A DNA stretch of 63,371 nucleotides, filler included, from Octopus bimaculoides (lineage: Eukaryota): NCBI RefSeq assembly GCF_001194135.2. It is 4 parts of 4 records of this genome, joined end to end, with 100 filler letters (N's around TTAATTAATTAA, not from the genome) between each part and the next. Parts side by side here need not be neighbours in the genome. Positions count along the whole stretch, not along the records: positions 1 to 15,052 come from NC_068993.1; 3 more parts are not named here. The stretch is one strand, 5' to 3'. The translations under genes were made by a program, and so were the position numbers. Under the pieces are notes generated by a model that saw nothing but the letters and a program-made list of their open reading frames with translations, was not told the origin of the DNA and did no database searches. Shown here one piece after another: positions 1 to 10,766 of this stretch. The first letter of the stretch is position 1. The number at the start of each line of letters is the position of its first letter.

Positions 1-49
<49 letters not shown>

Positions 50-265
50 CATTCATATATATATATATATACATATATGTCTCTTTTCCTATGTGTTCAT
101 TCTGTTGTCCGTAAAAATAGTTCGTTTTTTTGTGCTTGTTTATGTTCCCGTTCCATTTTTGTCCACGTTTTTTGACGTACTGTACCCGGATATGCATCTA
201 TATATACATGTAGATGTATGTACATATGCATATGCTCACATATCATTTGTATTATATATATATAT

Positions 266-1166
266 ATTGGATCATCCCATAAATAATTTTTTAATGTATG
301 AACTGAAAGTCAGAGGAGGATGGGATAAACTACCTGCATCAGCTTGCTATAAAAGCAGATAGTAACTTTACCTTGTCCTAATTCTTAGCGCAAGTTTCGA
401 AGAGTGCAATTCGATTTTAACAGTTATTTTTTCAAAGCTATAATGGAAGTGACATAGGAATATATCCGGCATATTTTGCTTTATGAGTTTGATAAAGGCA
501 ACAGCATGATGGAAAGTGTGAGGAATATTAATGCAGTATATGGGGATATGACAATAAGAGTAAGCCAGTGTCAACAGTGACTCCAGAAATTCTGAGCCAA
601 AAACTAGAAGACAAGCCTCATACTGGAAGATTTGTAGAGCTTAATGTGGATGTCCTGCAAACCCTGGTGGAACAAAATCCCATCGTAACTAGCAGAGAAG
701 CTTGGATTTGGTTATCCAACCAGTCATTCAAGTCAGCACTAGAAGAAGAACGACCATCATTGGTTTCAAGACGAAAGGTGTCCTTCCATCAGGATAATGC
801 TCAGTCACATACAACGAGGATGACATTTCAAAGGCTGGAACTGTTTGAATGGGAAATGATGCCCAACCACCATATTCGCAGGACATTGCTGCATTTGATT
901 ATCACTTATTCTGCAGTCTTCAAAATCATTTGGACGGAAAAAATATGAATTCTATAGATGAGGTCAGAACAGTACTGGAGGAGTATTTTTCGTCAGAGAC
1001 AAGGGAATTTCAGAAGAGGGGTCTTGCAAGTCTACCTGAGAGATGGAAGAGCATTGTAGAAAACGAGGGAGAGTATATTTTAGATTAAAAAAGAACTTTG
1101 TTTATCTTAATTTTGAAAAACAAAAAGAAGTATAAAAAAACTCATTATTTATGGGATGACCCTATA
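266..1166 (+). mobile_element. Internally deleted mariner (Tc1/mariner, D,D34D-type) transposon
   Basis: Inverted termini ATTGGATCATCCCATAAATAA (266-286) and TTATTTATGGGATGACCCTAT (1145-1165), 2 mismatches, flanked by TA runs. Broken transposase from ATG 443 (IRHILLYEFDKG..RNINAVYG) through FHQDNA and PPYSQDIAAFDYHLF to ..VENEGEYILD* at 1088. Confidence 0.92.
443..1088 (+). pseudogene. Mariner transposase pseudogene (stops, frameshift, central deletion)
   Basis: N-terminal HTH segment, HQDNA and YSPDLAP-like motifs lie in different frames; the region with the first catalytic D is missing. Confidence 0.9.
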
Positions 1167-1935
1167 TATNNNNNNNNNNNNNNNNNNNNNNNNNNNNNNN
1201 NNNNNNNNNNNNNNNNNNNNNNNNNNNNNNNNNNNNNNNNNNNNNNNNNNNNNNNNNNNNNNNNNNNNNNNNNNNNNNNNNNNNNNNNNNNNNNNNNNNN
1301 NNNNNNNNNNNNNNNNNNNNNNNNNNNNNNNNNNNNNNNNNNNNNNNNNNNNNNNNNNNNNNNNNNNNNNNNNNNNNNNNNNNNNNNNNNNNNNNNNNNN
1401 NNNNNNNNNNNNNNNNNNNNNNNNNNNNNNNNNNNNNNNNNNNNNNNNNNNNNNNNNNNNNNNNNNNNNNNNNNNNNNNNNNNNNNNNNNNNNNNNNNNN
1501 NNNNNNNNNNNNNNNNNNNNNNNNNNNNNNNNNNNNNNNNNNNNNNNNNNNNNNNNNNNNNNNNNNNNNNNNNNNNNNNNNNNNNNNNNNNNNNNNNNNN
1601 NNNNNNNNNNNNNNNNNNNNNNNNNNNNNNNNNNNNNNNNNNNNNNNNNNNNNNNNNNNNNNNNNNNNNNNNNNNNNNNNNNNNNNNNNNNNNNNNNNNN
1701 NNNNNNNNNNNNNNNNNNNNNNNNNNNNNNNNNNNNNNNNNNNNNNNNNNNNNNNNNNNNNNNNNNNNNNNNNNNNNNNNNNNNNNNNNNNNNNNNNNNN
1801 NNNNNNNNNNNNNNNNNNNNNNNNNNNNNNNNNNNNNNNNNNNNNNNNNNNNNNNNNNNNNNNNNNNNNNNNNNNNNNNNNNNNNNNNNNNNNNNNNNNN
1901 NNNNNNNNNNNNNNNNNNNNNNNNNNNNNNNNNNN

Positions 1936-2031
1936 CACCACATACCGAAGTTCAGAAATAGCAGCTAAAAACTGCTATCTGTTGGAGTTTCAGCATTTTT
2001 AGCTGCTATTTCTGAACTTCGGTATGTGGTG
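1936..2031. repeat. Perfect 36-bp inverted repeat with 24-nt loop
   Basis: 1936-1971 is the exact reverse complement of 1996-2031. The loop, right arm and downstream bases recur at ~62376-62457 without the left arm. Confidence 0.95.
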
Positions 2032-2066
2032 AAGCAACCTGTTTGCTGATCCCTTTATTTTGTTTG

Positions 2067-2067
<1 letters not shown>

Positions 2068-2150
<83 letters not shown>

Positions 2151-2170
2151 TAGATATAGATATATATATA
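2068..2170 (+). repeat. (GATA)n/(GACA)n compound microsatellite
   Basis: Direct reading. Confidence 0.95.
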
Positions 2171-2390
2171 TGAACTAAATGTCAGAGGAGGATGCTATAA
2201 AAGCAGCTAGGAATTTTACCTTGTCCTATTCCTTAGTGCAAGTTTTCAAGAGTGCAGTTCAATTTTAACAGTTATTTTTACAAAGCTATAATGGAAGTGA
2301 CAAAGGAACATATTCAGCATATTTTGCTTTATGAGTTTGATAAAGACAACAACACAATGGAAAGTGTGAGGAATATTAATGCAGTATATA
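2170..2390 (+). mobile_element. 5' fragment of the same mariner family as 266-1166
   Basis: Aligns with ~297-540; MEVTKEHIQHILLYEFDK from ATG 2291. It lacks 24 nt (323-346 of copy 1) between TG microhomologies. Confidence 0.9.
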
Positions 2391-2830
2391 TTTGATATAG
2401 CAATGGGCTAGTTGGAATATATATCCTTTCATTAATCCTGTCTTTCTTTCCAGAAGTAACAGGGGTCTATATAGGGATCATACCTTATTTTTTCTAAACA
2501 GAAGTAGTAAAGTACAGTTAGAAAGGCATCAGAAAATTTTCTTTAGACTTTTCAAGAATTTAGGACTAAACATTACTATAGGTAAAGATTATTGTAGAAT
2601 GAATTTTCTTGATGCTAGCTTCTGTCTTGATACTGGAAAATTTGAATCATTTCAAAAGCCAAATGATCATATTAAGTAGCATCCAACCATCTACCCTCAA
2701 TTATACGGAGACTAGTTAAGAATATTTCTACTAGAATCTCTAGTAGAATTTTCGAATCTCATGCATCTTATTATAATGATGCTCTAGCTAGGGCTGGGTA
2801 CCGTGATGAAATTCAATATATACAAAAAGC
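2391..2830 (+). mobile_element. Penelope-like element (PLE) reverse transcriptase fragment, decayed
   Basis: FDIAMG / LVGIYILS, then GLYRDH (YRDD site) at 2464-2481, FKNLGLNITI..NFLDASFCLDTGKF..KPND, and after a frameshift SNHLPSIIRRLVKNISTRIS..YYNDALARAGY. These match PLE RT core and thumb motifs as I recall them. Confidence 0.82.
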
Positions 2831-3214
2831 AGGCATAAGCAACACTGGTAATTCCTACAACTGTGATGCACATCATATACCACCACAACGTTACCGTTTG
2901 AGAAATCACTCATATAAAGAATACAGACCAGAAAGAATTGGTCATGTCAATGAAATACCAATGAAAACTCATAGATACATGTGACATAGTAATTCAACTG
3001 CTTGTTCCAATCTTGTACAACACACTCAATCAAATAAACCTAACAACAGATATAGGAATCAGGATGTCCTCTAGTTCAACCAATTTTTGGTTTGCATGTT
3101 TCAACCAATTTGTAGTAGTAGTAATACTTGTGGTACAGCTAGCATGATAACAATGCCAGTAAATGGAGTCAGGACTGCCTTATATACAAATAAATACCTG
3201 GAGGAGCAAGTCAA

Positions 3215-4370
3215 TATCATCCAGTGTTGTGGATCACTGGACAGATAGTCCTGTTAAATTGCTTGGAATTTGGTTTGGACTGGACTCCCAGACAGAAGAA
3301 TTGGGGTGAGGTGGCAGACAGGGTGGAAGCCCTAGTCCGGACTAGGTCTGGATGGGCTCTGTCCCTGAAAGGAAGGGCGGAGGTGGTACAGGTGTTTATT
3401 GCATCTGTAATCACCTACCACCTAACCGTTGTCCCTTGCCCCGACTCGTGGCTAAACAAGTTGGAGTGCCCCCTCTTCTGCTTATTGTGGAAAGGAGGAA
3501 AGCCACTTGTGAGGCACTCCATCTGCTGCCAGGAACCGTTAAAGGCTAATGATGCACAGACATGCATTGAGGCTGAGACATCTCTAGGGTGACAAGGTGT
3601 GGAATCCACTGGCGGAGGAATTCTTACTGCGACCAGCCTCTTTGGAGAGATTCAAACTCAGTTTTATTAAAAGATGTAATCTGACAGAATGGCAAAAAGA
3701 GTGTTGACAGGCACTCATGCTAATCCAAAAGATGGGCAAGGCCAGCAGTGGGAATACCACCTCGGTTTTGTATAAAGGGCTGGTAGAGTTTAAAAACTAT
3801 GACATCTTAAGAGGGACTCTGGGGTTTGACAAGAACTAACTTGCCAACCTGTTCCAAAAACTTTCAGGCCAGGGTATTTGGATAATTATCAAAAATCCCT
3901 GACCTGGCAGTGCTACAGGAACGTTTTACCTGTTCGCAATAAGTTATCCAGGCACGGAATGTCAGTGTCAATGGCATGTCCAAGATGTGGGCTGGACAAT
4001 GAAACCATTCCGCATGCTTTTGTACAGTGCTTGGAAGCTTTCACGCTTGATAATTTACATTGAACATGTGTTGTCACACCTAGGCAGAGTACAGCTATCA
4101 GCTGAGTCTATAATAAAAACTGTGCTGCCAACTGGACTCTCAAAAGAAGGTGAGGCATGTTTTCTCTGTTCAGTTGCAGTGTTGAAAGAGTGTGTGTGGA
4201 AGACCAGATTGCAAGGACTTGTGGCAAGATCCTTCATCTCTGGCCCTGGTTTGCTGACATACTTCAGATATCATCTGAAGAGCAAAATAGGGCTGGAGGG
4301 GAAGATACCTATTGCGAGGTGTGTTCGAGAAAAGATGGAAGGGTGTGGTAAGAAAGGTGGGTGCAAGTGA
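3215..4370 (+). mobile_element. L1/Tx1-clade LINE 3' fragment (RT C-terminus plus zinc knuckle), decayed
   Basis: LSLKGRAEVVQVFIASVITYHLTVVPCP..LWKGGKPLVRHSICCQ, and LPVRNKL..CPRCGLDNETIPHAFVQC (CCHC zf-RVT); frameshifted. Confidence 0.85.
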
Positions 4371-4602
4371 CCCTGCTTAATCCTCATGGGAAAAAGAAAA
4401 GGTATAGTCGCTGGGCTTTTCAGCCCATCAAGTTTAATCCGAAAAAAAAGTCAAATTTAATTATATATCATTCAATATTTTTAAAAACTAAGTATCATAC
4501 GAACTAATAATAACAATAATTGTTTGTATTGTCTTGTTTTGTCCCCTCTGTGTACGATATTAATATTCCTAATAAAAAATTCATCTCTAGCAGACGAAGT
4601 GT

Positions 4603-4653
4603 CCAGTACTGAGGAGTGGCAGAAATAACCTGAAACCAGGACTGGTCTACTGG
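4603..4653 (+). ncRNA. Type-I hammerhead ribozyme motif (helix II decayed)
   Basis: Helix I CCAGTA/TACTGG, core CTGAGGA (4609-4615), GAAA (4632-4635), helix III ACCA-GGAC-TGGT, GUC cleavage triplet ending at 4647. Confidence 0.75.
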
Positions 4654-4929
4654 TTGGTCCCATCACTAGGAGACGGTAGGGGTTCGCTCCCCTGCTCACA
4701 ATTTTATCAGATGCAGCTGTGCATTGTTAACCAGCTAGATGAGATGTCCTCTTGGGAGTTAAAAAATCACAGTAGTGTCCACTCGAATGCACAGCCATGT
4801 TAAAGTGGCTATGAATATTATTTCAAATAATATATAAAATATTTTATTGTATTGTTTTATGCTTTTTGTAGCTATATTCTTTCTCTACACCTTTAGCTTA
4901 TCATTTTATCTCTTTTTAAACATATGACA

Positions 4930-5730
4930 ATGGAGTTACCAAGTAGTAAAAAAAGATGGGCATTTATGACACCTGCTTCTCTTATTTCCATTAAGTTTCC
5001 AATACTGCAAAGTCACTTGAGACATTTCTGCTGTGTATGGAGAAGGTGCTATTACAAGGAGAACTGCTTAATTTGAATCTCACATACTGAAGGAAAGAGG
5101 CAAATTCCAGTGCTCATCTATTGCTGCCTGTTTGCTTGCTTGACACCAGATTGCTTATAGACACAAGCAGATTTGTTTACAGTGTCATCACCAAGGATAG
5201 AAAATGGTGTCAATATGAAGCAGAGGAAAGAATAGCTGAGTCTCAACAAGTGAGCAACACCTCAAGTCAAGCCAGAGCTGCATCCAGCAAGAAAATAATC
5301 TGTATTTGATGGGATTAGAAAGGGCTAATCCACTATGAAATGTTTGAAAACAACCATACAATCAAAGTAGAGTTTTATGTTTAGCAAATGCACCAGCTGA
5401 AATGACCCGGCTGGTGACATAGTATGCTTCTTCAGCACAATAACATTCCCCCCACCCACATTGCTAATTTAAACCAAAACTGCTATTTAAGCGCTCAGTT
5501 GAGAAGTTTTACTGCACCCAGTATATTCTCCCAATATAGCACCTTCATATTATCACCTTTTTCAATCACTCTCCATGAGGCATTTTATTCAACAATGATG
5601 TGCAGCTGAAAACGTGACTCAATGAATTCTTAGAGTCAAGACCTGGTAATTCTTCCATCAAGGCATTGACTAGCTAGTGGGACATTTGTAAGAAGTCATA
5701 AACAATGAAGGAAAATATATAATTGACTGA
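4930..5730 (+). mobile_element. Second mariner family, transposase pseudogene
   Basis: RDISAVYGEGAI, ITKDRKWCQY (ITGDEKW-like), KGLIHYEM, LQHNN..HIAN, HPVYSPNIAPSYYHLFQSL, VINNEGKYIID*; many stops and frameshifts. Confidence 0.85.
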
Positions 5731-6129
5731 TTTGCTAAAGTTGCTGCTGAAAAATATGGATTAAAATAAATGGACGAAAAGTTAGATTTAAAAGAAGTAT
5801 TCTATAAGTAAATAAGCTATGTTGGTTGCATACTTCTGTAAAATATTCTCTGTGTACATATTTTATAGTCACTTAGCACAGAAGAAATAATTCTTAAAAG
5901 GTTTTGTTGATAGATCAGGGAAGTAAGGACTGAAAGATTACATAAGATGTAATAACTGAGTGTGAACAAAGTATTCTGAGGGAAGAATTTATTTTGACTG
6001 AGAACATAACGATATGTAGACTGAGAGTAATTTATGTATACTGTGAATAAATTATGTTGAAAGAGCCCCAAGGCATACATTCGAAATAAATTATATTAAT
6101 CAAATCTAAATTCCTTATTCTATTAGTGA

Positions 6130-6232
6130 GTGTAGGACAAAAGCTGCCTAGGACAAAAGCCCCACAGACAAAAAGCCCCTCGGAGAAAAACCCCATAGTT
6201 AAAGTGTGAAAGTGGACAAAAGCCCCACAGTT
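6130..6232 (+). repeat. Short degenerate array of GGACAAAAGCCCC-like motifs, possibly a DNA transposon subterminus
   Basis: About 5 related motifs, mostly ~19 nt apart; family not identified. Confidence 0.5.
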
Positions 6233-6267
6233 ATATTTTTTGATTATTTTTTTCATTCCTTTCACCT

Positions 6268-6620
6268 TTTACTTGTTAGTCATTAGACTGAAGCCATGCT
6301 GGGGCACCACCTTGAAGAATTTTAGTTGAATGTATCAACACTAGAATTGTTTTTATTTTTACTTGTTGCAGTTATTAGACTGCAGCCATGCTGGGGTACC
6401 ACCTTGAAGAATTTTTAGTCGAATGAAACGACCCCAGAATTTTTTTAAATGATTTTCAACCAGTGCATGAAATTAAGCCTAGAAGGTATCTCCACATGCT
6501 AGAAATAACAACTAAATCTCTTGAAATTTTTTTATAGCCTCTGGTTTTTTTATTTTCTAAAATTTTTTTTATTTGTTTCAGTCATTGTACTGCAGCTATG
6601 CTGGGCCACCAGCTTCAAGA
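6268..6620 (-). mobile_element. Three tandem 3'-tail fragments of SINE family A
   Basis: Repeated ACTTGTT..CAGTCATTAGACTGCAGCCATGCTGGGGCACCACC motif, matching the tail of the full copy at 44742-45170. Confidence 0.75.
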
Positions 6621-7414
6621 ATCAGCAGAAAAATCAGCATTTTAAAATATATATTTAAAGTCTTCTTTTTCTTTTCTCAGCACTTACAGATTAATGAGAA
6701 TAAGTTGACCTTTTGAACTTTCTCCAGCAGTTGAAGGCCTGACAGAATCATGAAGCCAAAGGCTAGTCATTCAAACATACTTCTTATCGCTTTTATGTTC
6801 CTACACATTTCTTGAAGTAAATGCTTTCCCTTTTGTTAGAATTCAGACAGTATATATGTTGAGTAGTAAAGAGTTTTTTATTCTGTTATTCTATTACTGA
6901 TGTTAAGGTTGATTTATTTTCATTTTCAAACTTCAAACTTATTCTAAAAATCGAGGAAAATAATTGAAACATGAGGGATATAGATGTTTTGAAACATGAG
7001 CGACATAGATGTGAGGGACGTAGATGTTTTGATACAATTTTTCAATTAAATATATTGTTTACTTAAAAATTGGTATTTTGGAAAATAATTTTTCTTTTTA
7101 CAACCACGATTTCCGTTTTTGTTTACATGAAATTATAAAAAGAGATTATGAATTAAGTATCCTATGAGCACAATTTATATTGACTGAGTATTGAAATAAG
7201 TAATCTATGATTAATATATTTTGACTCAGCATTTAAGTAAGTAGTCAATGGTTGCATCAATAATGTTGACTGAGCACTGAAAATATACGTAAATGCACAA
7301 TTAATTTAAGTTAGTTGAGCACTGAAACATGTTTTTAATGTGTACATGTTATGGTGAATAAGCACCAAAGAAAATATTCTATGATTATATAAAAGGGTGG
7401 GTAAAAAAGTAGTT

Positions 7415-7900
7415 TCTGTTATCTAGGTGACCTAATTAGCAGTGGAGTAGGATGTTCTGAAAGTATAGTTGCTTGAATAAGAATTGACTGGAGAAAGATC
7501 AGAGAATGAAAGGCAGGCAGATTGTATGATACCTGTGTAAGAACAGTAATGTTACATAGCTGTGAAACTTGGGCTGTGAATCCAGAAGACATGTGAACAT
7601 TTGAAAGAAATGAATCAAATATGCTTTGATGGATGTTCAACCTCAGTGTGTTTGTATGACAAAGCACAAGAAAAATTGGGTATACGAGGCATCAGATATA
7701 GTGTGCTGGTATGGTAATGTGGATGGGTAAGGAGAGCTGTATAAAGAAGTATCAATTATTAAATGTGCAAGGAACATGTGGAAAAAGTAGATCTTGAAAG
7801 ACATGGGATGAAGTGGTGAAGACTGACCTCAAGATTTTGAGTCTCTCAGAGGAGACGACAGGGGAATGAGATGAATAGGCTTGAGAAGACCTGTCCATCT
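7415..7900 (+). mobile_element. RTE-clade LINE 3' coding fragment
   Basis: GRLYDTCVRTVMLHSCETWAVNPEDM*TFERNESNML*WMFNLSV, followed by WYG and TWDEVVK-like motifs. Confidence 0.8.
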
Positions 7901-8229
7901 TAGCAGAATTGAGGCTTTGTAAAGCCTTCTTCTACAACTCATCTTCTATTTCTTCACTTCCTGCTATACTGAACTTATATCCTCTGCATCCAACTCATTC
8001 TCTATCTCTAATCATCTGTCACACTATTTTCACTTAGTGCACTTCCTATTCTGTCTCATATTCATGTTGTACTAGGACCTCACATCTCTTTCTTTCTCTC
8101 ACCCACTTTCCAGGTGGTCAAAGCCATGTTTTCACCTCTTCAGCAAGACACCTGCTTCTCTCCCTCTATCATAGTTTCTTATTACTTCAGTCTATACCTT
8201 GCTCAGTTGAGGGGTCTTATCCTCTGAGT

Positions 8230-8465
8230 ATATGGTGAGCTCACCAGTACTGGTGCCATATAAAAGGCACCCAGTACACTCTGCTAAGTGGTTGCTGTTA
8301 AGAAGGGCATCCAGCTGTAGAAACCATGTTAAAGCAGACATAGAACCTGGCAGAACCTTCTGGCTTGTCTGTTCTTGTCAAATTGCCCAAACCATTACCA
8401 GCATGGGAAAAAAAAAGGACATTAAATGATGATGATGACAATGACAATAATGATGATGATGATGT
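8230..8465 (+). mobile_element. RTE LINE 3' UTR ending in (GAT)n
   Basis: AAGAAGGGCATCCAGCTGTAGAAAC..CCAGCATGG..ACATTAAATGATGATGATG tail; family assignment from recall. Confidence 0.65.
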
Positions 8466-8985
8466 TCTCTATATTATACTGAATGAGCACTGAAGTCAGT
8501 ATTCTATGAGTACAGATACATTGAAATACTGAAGTATTTTATGATTACATACATTTTGTTGAATATGGAAGTATTCAATAAACATATAAGTATTCTATGA
8601 ATAGATAATTTATATTAACTGAGCAGTCATTATTGAAAGAAATATCTTAAGACTGCATAAGTTAATATAACTAAAGTATTTTTTAATTACATAATTTATG
8701 TTGACTGTGCAATGAAGCAAGTATTATATGAATATATGCATATTATTTTAAGTACTAAATTTAGTATTGCATGAGTAAGCATGTTTCGTCGAATGAGCAC
8801 TGATTCTATGAATTCATGTTATGTTGTATTAGGTTTCTATGTGGAAATATGTTAACTAAATATTCTATGAAATATTCTATGAATATTTAACAACAAATCA
8901 CTGAAATATTTTAATATCATATAAGCACAGAAAAATTATACTGAGTACATAAGATATTCAGTGAGATTTTAATATTTATTGTGAG

Positions 8986-9200
8986 TTAGGCAGCGAGCTG
9001 GCAGAAACGTTAACACACCAGGCAAAATGCTTAGCGATATTTCATCTGTCTTTATGTTCCGAGTTCAAATTGTACCGAGGTCGACTTTGCCTTTCATCCT
9101 TTTGTGGTCGATAAATTAAGTACCAGTTGTGTACTGAGGTCGATTTAATTGACTGACCCTCTCCCCCAAAATTTCGGGCCTTGTGCCTAGAGTAGAAAAG
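8986..9200 (+). mobile_element. SINE family B (tRNA-type head), full length with 15-bp target-site duplication
   Basis: B-box-like GAGTTCAAATT; AATATTTATTGTGAG present at both 8971-8985 and 9201-9215. Confidence 0.9.
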
Positions 9201-10126
9201 AATATTTATTGTGAGCGAATAGGTCATTTTGACTGAGCAGTGAAGGAAGTATTTTATGAGTAGATAGTTTATGTCAACTGATCATGAATATAAGAATTTC
9301 ATGAGTAAGTTTAGCCTCATAGACTCTGTTAATTATTCTGTCAGTACATAAGGTTTGTTTTCAGAACACTGAAGATATACTATCAGCATATGTTATCAGT
9401 ACATATTGTAAACCTGAGTGTGTGTGTGTGTGTGTGTGTGTGTGTTGCATCTATGGAAATCCACACCTTACAAGATAGCAATCTGGGAGTCGCCACAATG
9501 GATTCCTCATGGTCGAAAATGCCCGGAATCGGCCATTTTTTTTTGTTCCTTCCTAACACGTGAATTTTTGCATTAAAAATAATTTTAAACCATAACTTCT
9601 AACAATTTCAAGTCGCAGTCATTTGCAAACATGAGTTAAGTCCCCTTCTAGCGGCGGTGTGTGTGTATATATATATATATATATATCTTATAGTAAAAAT
9701 AGATACATAAGGGTGGAAAACCACAGGAACAATACCATATGTCCAACGCAAGATATAATATGTGTGTTCAATTCCTTCAATAATCAATAAATAAATTTAT
9801 AGTTTTCAGTCTCTAAAGTGTCTAAAAGGTACGGTAAAAAGACAGGCAAATATAACGATATAAACTTTAGAAGTATCATGAATGTTCAAAATATTTATTT
9901 AAAAATATTTATAAACATGCATAATTTCCAAATTGTATAAAAATATAACAATTTAAGTTAAAACATTACGATATATAAACGTACATTATGATATAACATA
10001 TAATGGGTAAATATATACGGTAGATGAGGTTATAAATTTATATGTATTATATTAACAACGTGTACATTAGGACAGGATTAAAAAAAAACCCAAAAACATA
10101 TAATATAAAAGTTAAGTTAAAAGTAT

Positions 10127-10211
10127 ACATCTACGGACCGTTTCTGAGAAGTGTCTATTAATATGGTGTTGTACTCATATTAGAGATTAGACACTCCCTT
10201 CATCAGGATGT
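10127..10211 (-). ncRNA. Type-I hammerhead ribozyme motif with extended helix II
   Basis: Minus strand reads ACATC-CTGATGA-A-GGGAGTGTCTA..TAATATG(10-nt loop)CATATTA..TAGACACTTCTC-A-GAAA-CGGTCCG-TA-GATGT. Helix I 5 bp, helix III ACGG-T-CCGT, GUA triplet. Confidence 0.8.
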
Positions 10212-10423
10212 TTGTTGTACATAAAGAGGAAGGAATAAAAATATAGAAAACATAAAAAGCTTAGAGTGACATATACAATATGTTAACATACAAGTAAAAA
10301 AAACAACTGGACTCGATACCTTACATCACGGCTCTCATTCTAGCTCATGCTGAGCACTTCAACTCTAGCCCGTCTTTATGTATTGTTATATTAACAATAC
10401 ATAATTATACAAAAATTACAGCT

Positions 10424-10458
<35 letters not shown>

Positions 10459-10519
10459 GGAGGAGAGAGAGAGGGGGAGAGAGAGAGAGAGATAACAGAT
10501 TTTTAAAATTTCGTCTTTT

Positions 10520-10720
10520 TACTGAGTGATACACAATATAAACGATATTCTCCGTTTCTCCACAACTAATTTCCAAATTTGCTGAATCCGTTGCTCTACT
10601 CATACCGACATATAGCTGGTTGTGCGTGAACATGGGAGAGAGCAGTAGTTACCAGAGCGAAAATCCTCAGTGTTGTCTGTAGACACGCTCCTTCGCAAAC
10701 GATCAGCTATTATTTTGTAA
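10520..10720 (-). mobile_element. Helitron RepHel (PIF1-type helicase) C-terminal fragment
   Basis: FTHNQLYVGMSRA..GETENIVY matches the F-S-H-G-Q-L-Y-V-A-x-S-R..T-x-N-I-V-Y end of Helitron helicases; upstream frame broken. Confidence 0.75.
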
Positions 10721-10766
10721 ACAATGTTACGAAACTTCATGTTTTCGAATTATATATATATATATA

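Larger units (their letters stand above)
7165..9420 (+). repeat. Degenerate ~40-45 bp AT-rich minisatellite, interrupted by a LINE and a SINE
   Basis: Recurring TTATGTTGACTGAGCACTGAAGTAAGTATTCTATGA-like units at 7165-7390, 8470-8985 and 9215-9420. Confidence 0.65.

Noticed and set aside
6750-6815. MKPKASHSNILLIAFMFLHIS*, signal-peptide-like mini ORF after a good acceptor
   Set aside because: Stops after 21 codons with no usable donor; could be UTR at most.
8105-8145. Minus-strand CTGAAGA-GGT-GAAA
   Set aside because: Helix II is only 3 nt, and no helix I or III.
7165-9420. Repeat-spacer appearance suggesting a CRISPR array
   Set aside because: Units are degenerate along their whole length, there are no cas genes, and the context is eukaryotic.
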